DNA of 47,408 bases, from assembly GCA_030647325.1 (NCBI GenBank), contig JAUSJN010000054.1, positions 1-47,408 on the forward strand, read 5' to 3'. Source of the DNA: Nanobdellota archaeon (GTDB taxonomy: Archaea > Nanobdellota > Nanobdellia > Woesearchaeales > GW2011-AR9). Each line of letters opens with the position of its first letter. The first letter of the stretch is position 1. The position numbers and the translations under genes were made by a program. Under the pieces are notes generated by a model. The model had not been told where the DNA came from, ran no database searches, and saw only the letters and a list, made by a program, of their open reading frames with translations. Positions 41,081 to 47,408 of this stretch are shown piece by piece.

Positions 41081-42379
41081 ATGGTTCAATACCTCTCTAT
41101 CCAAGAAGCGATGAACAAAGGGTCGGGCAAAGTCTCGGTCAGAGGCTGGATCCATCGCGAACGAGGCAGCAATAAACTTAAGTTTGTGGTGCTCAGGGAT
41201 TCCAGCAACCTTATCCAGTGTGTTTTTGAAAGAGGAAAATTTGACAAAAGATGGGAAGAGATCGATCATCTGCAGGTTGAAAGTTCTCTGGAAATCACCG
41301 GACAGATAAAAAAAGATGACCGCGCCCCTACCGGGCATGAGATCCAGGTAGAATCATACACCCTGGTCGGCGCCAGTGAAAACTTTCCGATCGGAAAAGA
41401 CCAATCTATCGAATTCTTGGCTGACAACCGCCATCTATGGCTGCGCAGCCAACGCATGATCGCTATCTTGAAGATCCGCAGTACTGTTTTCAACGCTATC
41501 CATGAATATTTCCGCAGCCAAGGATTTTTTGAATATCACTCTCCTATTTTTCAGGCGGTGCAGGCCGAAGGAGGAGCGGAATTATTCAGTGTTGATTATT
41601 TTGGTAAGAAAGACGTCTTCTTGGCCCAGACCTGGCAGCTCTATGCCGAACCAGCTATCTTCGCCTTAGAAAAGATTTATACTATCTCCCCCAGCTTCCG
41701 CGCGGAGAAAAGCAAGACATCCCGGCATCTGACAGAATACTGGCATGCGGAGATGGAGATGGCCTGGGCAGAATTTAAAGATATACAAGATCATGCTGAA
41801 GGATTGATCAAGCACGTCGTAAAGAAAGTTTTAGAACATCACCAGAGAGAATTAGAACAGGTAGGCCGTGATGCAAAATTGCTAGAACCGTCTGTAAAGA
41901 AGCCATTCGTGCGCATGACCTATGATGAAGCGCTTCAAATTCTCGATAAGAAATGCAAGATGAAAGTACAGTGGGGCAAAGACCTGCGGACTATCGAAGA
42001 AGAGAAATTGACCAAATTGTATGACGTTCCGGTCATCGTAACCCATTATCCTAAAGTTGTCAAAGCATTCTATATGACCGAAGATCCCAAGAATCCGAAA
42101 ACAGTACAAGGCTGCGACGTACTTGCTCCTGAAGGCTATGGAGAAATAGTTGGCGGTTCGCATCGGGAACATGATCTGGAAAAAATTAAAAAGAGATTAG
42201 TTGCGCAGGGAGAGGATCCCACACAATACGAATTTTACTTAGACACCCGACGTTATGGTAGTGTTCCGCACGGCGGGTTTGGCATGGGTGTAGAACGATT
42301 GATCGCCTGGATCTGCGGATTGGAAACGGTCAAAGACGCAATTCCTTTCCCGAGGACCATGGAACGATATAAGCCGTAG
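41081..42379 (+). CDS. asnS: Asparagine--tRNA ligase
   Basis: Has an OB anticodon-binding domain (VSVRGWIHRERGSNKLKFVVLRD). Class IIb motifs are present: FRAEKSKTSRHLTEYWHAEME, GYGEIVGGSHRE and HGGFGMGVERL. The ATG at 41081 follows a TATA-like TTTTATA; the track's upstream extension overlaps the opposite-strand VOC gene. Confidence 0.88.
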   Translation: MVQYLSIQEAMNKGSGKVSVRGWIHRERGSNKLKFVVLRDSSNLIQCVFERGKFDKRWEEIDHLQVESSLEITGQIKKDDRAPTGHEIQVESYTLVGASENFPIGKDQSIEFLADNRHLWLRSQRMIAILKIRSTVFNAIHEYFRSQGFFEYHSPIFQAVQAEGGAELFSVDYFGKKDVFLAQTWQLYAEPAIFALEKIYTISPSFRAEKSKTSRHLTEYWHAEMEMAWAEFKDIQDHAEGLIKHVVKKVLEHHQRELEQVGRDAKLLEPSVKKPFVRMTYDEALQILDKKCKMKVQWGKDLRTIEEEKLTKLYDVPVIVTHYPKVVKAFYMTEDPKNPKTVQGCDVLAPEGYGEIVGGSHREHDLEKIKKRLVAQGEDPTQYEFYLDTRRYGSVPHGGFGMGVERLIAWICGLETVKDAIPFPRTMERYKP

Positions 42380-42400
42380 AGAATCTTACTTTAAATCATC

Positions 42401-44080
42401 TCACTTCTTCCCTTTCTTTCCTTTCAGTAACTCTTTCTCAATATGCTCCAGCGCCATCTGCGTATTCTCAAACATCAATAATTGTTTCTTATGCTCTCCT
42501 TTCATCAAGGTCTGGAATTCATGATCTTTCAATAGGATCTTCTTGACTTTTTCATCCACGCCGGTTAAGATGACGATGCTGTTATGCTTTTCCTGCTTCC
42601 GGATAAATTCTACCAGGCGCACTACCCCGGTGCTGTCAATAAAAGGGACATACTTCATCCGCAACACTACAAATGGTTTCTTGATCTGCAGATGTTCATC
42701 GATCTTATGGTCAAACACGTTCATGGCGCCGAAGAAGAAAGGGCCATTGATAGTATACACGCTTACGTTCTCTTTCAGCTGAGGATTGGCATTGACAAGC
42801 GTATTGATCTTGGTATCCTTTGGATATTCTTCCATATGGCTAATTTCAATAATATTAGTCAGTTCTATGAATAACAGGAGGATTGCTAATACCATCCCAA
42901 CCTGAACTGCGACTACCAAATCAGTCAGCACAGTTAAGGCAAAAGTAACCACTAATACCGCTGTATCCAGCCAGCTCAATCTGAACACAGTCTTGAACTC
43001 TTGAACATTCATCATTTTTACGGCAACCACTATCAGGACTCCCGCTAAAAATGCTTTAGGGATTTTCTCCGCAAGAGGAGCGAGGAATAGCAAAGTGCAT
43101 AGTAAAAATAATCCATGAATAACTCCAGCATACCGTGTCTTTGCCCCTTCACGGATATTGACCGCGCTTCTAGCGACTGCTGCGGTTGCGGCCATCCCGC
43201 CGAAGAAAGGCATAACCACATTTACCGCGCCCTGCGTCACTAATTCACGGTTGCTGTTGTGCTTGGTCCCAGTCATGCCATCGCAGACTACGGCGCACAA
43301 TAATGCTTCGATTGAACCTAATAAGGCGATAGTAAAGGCTGAGGGAAGAACATTTTTTACCAGTTCCCAGGAAAAATTTAAGTTGGAGAGGGAAGGCAAG
43401 CCTTGAGGGATTTCGCCGACCACAGGGATATTCAATGCTAAAAATACAGCTAAGACCGTGAACAAAATCAAGGCGATGATAGAAGCAGGAATATTTTTTG
43501 TAAATTTATTTTTTGACAAAATTTTCGGCAGGAATACCAACAATAAGACTGTTCCTAGGGTGATACAGAGTGCTGCTATCTCTGCATTAGGAATATTGAT
43601 AAAAATCTGCGAAACAGTCTGCCAGACATGTTCCTGCGGTTCAAGTTTCAATCCTAAGGCATTACCGAGCTGCCCGATGAAGATGATCGCGCCGATACCA
43701 GCGGTAAATCCGGAGATAAGAGGCATAGGAAGATACTTTACCACTTTGCCGACTCTCAACAGTCCAAACCCAATCTGAAAGATTCCTGCCAGAAGTCCCG
43801 CGACAAGTAATCCTTCAATGCCAAATTTTGTGACGGTGCTGAGAATCAATACTACCATGGCTCCGGTCGGACCAGTGACAGAAAAAATGGATCCGCCAAA
43901 TAAAGAACCTAAGATTCCCGCCATTATCGCGGTATAGAGCCCCATCACCGGCGGAACTCCGGAAGCGATGGCAAACGCCAGTGCTAACGGTAATGCAACG
44001 ACAGCAGTGATGAAACCGGCTTTGAGATCGTACAGAAAATTCTGCCTGAAATAGGTTTTCAGTTGATTTTTATACTCCAT
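42401..44080 (-). CDS. SulP family anion permease with a C-terminal STAS domain
   Basis: The N-terminal DLKAGFITAVVALPLALAFAIASG motif, about 11 TM helices and a C-terminal STAS segment (VVLRMKYVPFIDSTGV) match SulP. Confidence 0.92.
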   Translation of the reverse strand: MEYKNQLKTYFRQNFLYDLKAGFITAVVALPLALAFAIASGVPPVMGLYTAIMAGILGSLFGGSIFSVTGPTGAMVVLILSTVTKFGIEGLLVAGLLAGIFQIGFGLLRVGKVVKYLPMPLISGFTAGIGAIIFIGQLGNALGLKLEPQEHVWQTVSQIFINIPNAEIAALCITLGTVLLLVFLPKILSKNKFTKNIPASIIALILFTVLAVFLALNIPVVGEIPQGLPSLSNLNFSWELVKNVLPSAFTIALLGSIEALLCAVVCDGMTGTKHNSNRELVTQGAVNVVMPFFGGMAATAAVARSAVNIREGAKTRYAGVIHGLFLLCTLLFLAPLAEKIPKAFLAGVLIVVAVKMMNVQEFKTVFRLSWLDTAVLVVTFALTVLTDLVVAVQVGMVLAILLLFIELTNIIEISHMEEYPKDTKINTLVNANPQLKENVSVYTINGPFFFGAMNVFDHKIDEHLQIKKPFVVLRMKYVPFIDSTGVVRLVEFIRKQEKHNSIVILTGVDEKVKKILLKDHEFQTLMKGEHKKQLLMFENTQMALEHIEKELLKGKKGKK

Positions 44081-44138
44081 AAAGCCCGACTACAGCAGCT
44101 ACTATTTAAGTTTTGTTATTAACCATTGTTAATCAAGG

Positions 44139-45050
44139 TTATTCCAAAAATTCCAACTCGCATATCAATCCTACATGATCCGACCAGGGAAATGCGAAGG
44201 TCCTATAATCGTGGATCCTGATATTTGGTGAAGCTACAATGTGATCCAGATCCTGAGTAGGATCGCCATTCTGATAGGTCTTGAGGCCGAAATTTTTTGG
44301 GGGATAAAGACCGGAGGATAAGATTATTTTCATGGTCTCACTATCATGGCTATCGTTATAATCGCCTGCTGCCACGATATAACTGTTTGGATTTTTTTCT
44401 TTAAGTTCAGTAATATACCCCGCTATCTCCTGAGCTTCTCCTTTTCTGGTGGAATTATCTTCACTGCCATCATCAAGATGAGTAGTAATAAGATCTAGTT
44501 TTTTATTTCCTATCCTGATTTCAGTATGGATAAAATCTTTGAAAAGATGTCCGATTCTGCTATCTGCATCATTTTTGTCGCCATACAAATGGCGGTGGAC
44601 CGCTCGCATGGGAAATCGGGAAATCACCGCATTGCCGGTAATCCATAAGGGTAATTTCATGTATTGATCAAAGACAACATAATCATACGGTGTGTTCATA
44701 TATTCTGCGATGAGTTTTGGCTGGTCCAATCCTCCTGTCTTTACCGTTCCGGCATAATCAACTTCATTCAAGCTAATGATGTCTACGTTCTCCTTGAGCA
44801 GGGAATCAGCTAACCATCGCGCATGGCGATGAGCTTCTGCTGCGGAGATGGATTCAAATAAAAAAGGAGTATTGCCGCGCAGATCGGCTGCATTAAGATG
44901 GACAAAATTAATCTTCCGGATATCTTCCTGGGAAGCGGCTTCTTCGTATCTGGGAGCGCCATTAAGATGCACCACTTCAAAGATGCCTAAGCAAGAGGTT
45001 AAACTTAGACTAAGGATACCTGGTAGAATATTTCTTGGTGTAAAAGACAT
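44139..45050 (-). CDS. Endonuclease/exonuclease/phosphatase (EEP) family protein, probably a secreted lipoprotein
   Basis: Contains the lipobox-like LSLTSCLG, LNEVD, GDYND and the terminal SDHVGL (SDH catalytic motif). Confidence 0.85.
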   Translation of the reverse strand: MSFTPRNILPGILSLSLTSCLGIFEVVHLNGAPRYEEAASQEDIRKINFVHLNAADLRGNTPFLFESISAAEAHRHARWLADSLLKENVDIISLNEVDYAGTVKTGGLDQPKLIAEYMNTPYDYVVFDQYMKLPLWITGNAVISRFPMRAVHRHLYGDKNDADSRIGHLFKDFIHTEIRIGNKKLDLITTHLDDGSEDNSTRKGEAQEIAGYITELKEKNPNSYIVAAGDYNDSHDSETMKIILSSGLYPPKNFGLKTYQNGDPTQDLDHIVASPNIRIHDYRTFAFPWSDHVGLICELEFLE

Positions 45051-45098
45051 GGTAAAAAATAATTTGAGGGTTATATAAAGATGGTGTATATTATCTAT

Positions 45099-45899
45099 TT
45101 ATTTAGTCAACATCTTGACTTCATACGATCCTAAAGAATAAACTTCCACACTATTCCGTAAGAATTCCAGTGCACTTTTGACCCGCTCTTCCTGAACATG
45201 GGCATCAATCTCGATATAGAACACATATTCTCCCATCTTTTTTCCGGAAGGCAGTGATTCAATTTTTACTAAGTTGATATTCTGCGAAGCCAGAGGCGCT
45301 AAAAGGTGAAACAGCAATCCTGGCCTATCTTCTTTAGGCTTTAGCAGCAAACTGGTTCTTGTCTGACCTGAAATTTTCTTTTCTTCAGCGGAAATGACAA
45401 AAAACTGGGTTACGTTATCATGATTATCTTCGATATTCTCTTGCAGTATCTGTAGGCCGTAATGTTCTGCCGCTTCTTTAGAACCGATAGCCGCAAAAGA
45501 TTCATCCTGTGCTGCAGTTTCCATCGCTTTTGAGGTGCTGGAGGTTTCTACAATGTTTTTTCCCGCCAAAAAGTTTGAGCATTGCCCTAACGCCTGAGGA
45601 TGGGAAATGATTTTTGTGTACTGTTTGCTTTTACCTGCCACACAATGCCGGATAGGAACAATATAAGCTTCATGTATTTTCACTTTATATTTTAACAAGC
45701 CAAGAATGCTTTCTCGTACGCTTCCCTGCAGCATGTTTTCAATAGGAATAATCCCTTTGGCGACTTTTTTTTCGGTCACGGCAATAAAAATCTCTTCAAT
45801 GCTGTTGCAGAGCAGCAACTCTTGCTCAGAAAAAACTTTCTTTCCCACGAGATGTGAATAACTATACGCTGGCCCCAGAACGGCAATCTTACTCATCAA
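45099..45899 (-). CDS. pheA: Prephenate dehydratase with a C-terminal ACT domain
   Basis: Contains IAVLGPAYSYSH, PIENMLQGSV, TQFFVIS and the ACT segment (TSLLLKPKEDRPGLLFHLL). Confidence 0.9.
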   Translation of the reverse strand: MMSKIAVLGPAYSYSHLVGKKVFSEQELLLCNSIEEIFIAVTEKKVAKGIIPIENMLQGSVRESILGLLKYKVKIHEAYIVPIRHCVAGKSKQYTKIISHPQALGQCSNFLAGKNIVETSSTSKAMETAAQDESFAAIGSKEAAEHYGLQILQENIEDNHDNVTQFFVISAEEKKISGQTRTSLLLKPKEDRPGLLFHLLAPLASQNINLVKIESLPSGKKMGEYVFYIEIDAHVQEERVKSALEFLRNSVEVYSLGSYEVKMLTK

Positions 45900-46701
45900 T
45901 TATTTTCACTCTCTTCTTTCTCAGCGCAGGATGATCTTTAAATTCTTCTTGAAGAGAACGAAGCTTGTTTTCTAACCCCATTTTTGTTCTTCCTTGCACT
46001 AACGCGTTTACCTCTTTCACCGATTTCTCATACGCGCGCACTACTTTATCTGTAAAAGGATTTTCAAAGAATATCCCTGAATACAATGAAGGATCCTGCG
46101 AGAGCATTCGTTTTACAGCGTAAAGGCGAAGGATATATGCCGGGGTGCTTATCTCTGGTTGGTTTTTTCCCTGCTTTATTTTTGCAAGAGTATTGGCAAA
46201 GTATAAGTTAGATAGATGAACTAAAACTTGTTTTTCAGCCATGATTTTATCATGTTCTTCCGCAGTCATAAGGTAAATTTTCATCCCTAATTCTTCCATT
46301 GTTCTTTTGTACCAGGAAAGATATTCCTTCCCTCGTTCTGGGCAGAGGACCATTTTTTCTCCTTTGAATGAGTCAACGCTCGGTCCGAAAAGCGGATGTC
46401 CGCCGATGACTTCTGCTTGCGAATATTTGAGCATTGCCGCTACCGGTTTAATCTTTACCGAAGTGAAATCAGTAAGCAGGGCTTCTTTTCTCACGTAAGG
46501 ACCGATTTCCTGTATCACTTCTTCTGTTTTTTGGAGAGGAACGGAAACAATGACGACGTCTCCCTGCTGGGCAAGTTTAATATTATTGGAATTACTTTCA
46601 TTTGAAACGAGAACAGTATAATCCCTCTGCTGAAAGGCGTCCGCAAATAAGGAACCCATTTTACCTCTGCCGCCGATGATGGAAATAGTTTTTGGTTTCA
46701 T
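45889..46701 (-). CDS. tyrA: Prephenate dehydrogenase
   Basis: Contains the Rossmann motif ISIIGGRGKMGSLF, GGHPLFGP and EHD...A..Q.L.H. Confidence 0.88.
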   Translation of the reverse strand: MKPKTISIIGGRGKMGSLFADAFQQRDYTVLVSNESNSNNIKLAQQGDVVIVSVPLQKTEEVIQEIGPYVRKEALLTDFTSVKIKPVAAMLKYSQAEVIGGHPLFGPSVDSFKGEKMVLCPERGKEYLSWYKRTMEELGMKIYLMTAEEHDKIMAEKQVLVHLSNLYFANTLAKIKQGKNQPEISTPAYILRLYAVKRMLSQDPSLYSGIFFENPFTDKVVRAYEKSVKEVNALVQGRTKMGLENKLRSLQEEFKDHPALRKKRVKIIDE

Positions 46702-46958
46702 TGCTGTATATCCTTTGATTTTTTAATAATTATTTCAAACAGTTCTTTTATAAATGTTTCGTCGTCAAAACCCTTTTCTTGGAACGCTTCTATTCTCTCT
46801 TGAAGGATGATTTTTTCGCGTTCTTGATCTTGGACCGGGAGCTTGTTTTCCAGTTTGTACTTCGCAATTTCCTTACAGATCTCCAGCCGCTTCACTACCA
46901 ATTCCAAGAGCTGCTCATCCAGCGCATCTATCTTCTTCCTATATTCCTGTAAGCTCAT
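46698..46958 (-). CDS. Chorismate mutase, AroQ class
   Basis: YRKKIDALDEQLLELVVKRLEICKEIAKYK...PVQDQEREKIIL is typical of AroQ. It has 4-nt overlaps with both neighbouring genes. Confidence 0.85.
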   Translation of the reverse strand: MSLQEYRKKIDALDEQLLELVVKRLEICKEIAKYKLENKLPVQDQEREKIILQERIEAFQEKGFDDETFIKELFEIIIKKSKDIQQ

Positions 46959-47408
46959 CGCTGCGGCACTCTCCGACGTTTAATCTCCGAGGCGAATCCC
47001 CTGAATGATGAACTCCTCATTCCCTGATCATAGTCGCAGACATCTACACCGTCAATCTGCGGTTTTTCATCATCCCGTATCACATCTATGATCAAGCCAT
47101 TGGCAGCGGCATTGAGATATGCTTTACCTACCTCTGGAACCAAATCTCGGCATCCGCTAGAATGACTCGGATCGCCAATGACCGGAAGGTAGGTTGCTTT
47201 CCGCAGCTGATAAAGGAAGTCTGGTTGGGGAGTATTTCTCATTCTCATAGTGGGCTCATTTATTCCACGTTCGCAGAGGATTATTTTAGGTTTTTTTCCT
47301 TGCTGGTCATACTCTAGGGCCAGATATTCTGCTGCGCATAACACTTCTTTAAGTTTCGGCTTGGGACCAGTTTTCAGTAGCACTGCTTTATCATGTTTTG
47401 CAGCGTAT
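46955..47408 (-). CDS. 3-deoxy-7-phosphoheptulonate (DAHP) synthase, type I-beta, C-terminal part (5' end outside the window)
   Basis: The frame stays open from the window edge (...YAAKHDKAVLLKTGPK...). Contains ILCERG and PVIGDPSHSSG. The GTG 'start' in the track is internal. Confidence 0.8.
   Translation of the reverse strand, partial: YAAKHDKAVLLKTGPKPKLKEVLCAAEYLALEYDQQGKKPKIILCERGINEPTMRMRNTPQPDFLYQLRKATYLPVIGDPSHSSGCRDLVPEVGKAYLNAAANGLIIDVIRDDEKPQIDGVDVCDYDQGMRSSSFRGFASEIKRRRVPQR

Noticed and set aside
45099-47408. The aromatic amino acid operon with overlapping genes, considered as a possible oddity.
   Set aside because: The gene order DAHP synthase, chorismate mutase, TyrA, PheA with 4-11 nt overlaps is ordinary operon organisation. 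It is reported as features only.

Overview
The window is a densely coded archaeal chromosome segment. Archaeal and eukaryal-type markers are present: ribosomal proteins S6e and L21e, RNA polymerase subunit Rpo4/F followed by a DUF655 protein, Elp3, diphthine synthase, archaeal-type ProRS, AsnRS and FtsZ. Promoters look like TATA/BRE boxes (TTTAAATA or TTTATAAA). Many sit about 22-26 nt upstream of the ATG, which implies leaderless mRNAs, while other genes carry GGAGG-type ribosome binding sites. About 55 protein genes lie on both strands, and several sets are translationally coupled by ATGA overlaps. Housekeeping blocks include:
- an oxidative-stress cluster (ferredoxin, peroxiredoxin, SOD)
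- a P-type Ca/cation ATPase
- PepF, inorganic pyrophosphatase, PyrE and a SulP permease
- an aromatic amino acid operon (DAHP synthase, chorismate mutase, TyrA, PheA)
I recognised no rRNA, tRNA, CRISPR array, transposase or integrase. Five things stand out.
1. A family of structured intergenic elements occurs at about 6.55-6.82, 25.29-25.49 and 32.72-32.93 kb, with looser relatives at 27.5 and 31.3 kb. They are built from tandem AGAAA...TTTCT hairpin pairs with conserved loops and covarying stems. Two copies also share a 39-nt module with compensatory stem changes.
2. A tightly coupled six-gene operon spans 14.49-18.94 kb. It encodes a helical protein, an RHH protein missing from the ORF track, a glycine-zipper membrane protein, an atypical Hanks kinase, an LpxH-like metallophosphoesterase and an unknown protein. 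It is divergent from an orphan CheD-like deamidase plus an HExxH protein.
3. An ATP-grasp protein appears to be circularly permuted.
4. A very A+T-rich single-gene islet follows ftsZ, and ftsZ itself is bracketed by an 11-nt inverted repeat.
5. A minus-strand cluster encodes a lipoprotein protease, a phage-like metallophosphoesterase and a lipoprotein with an outer-membrane-barrel-like C-terminus.
All functional calls come from motif recognition by eye; no searches were run.
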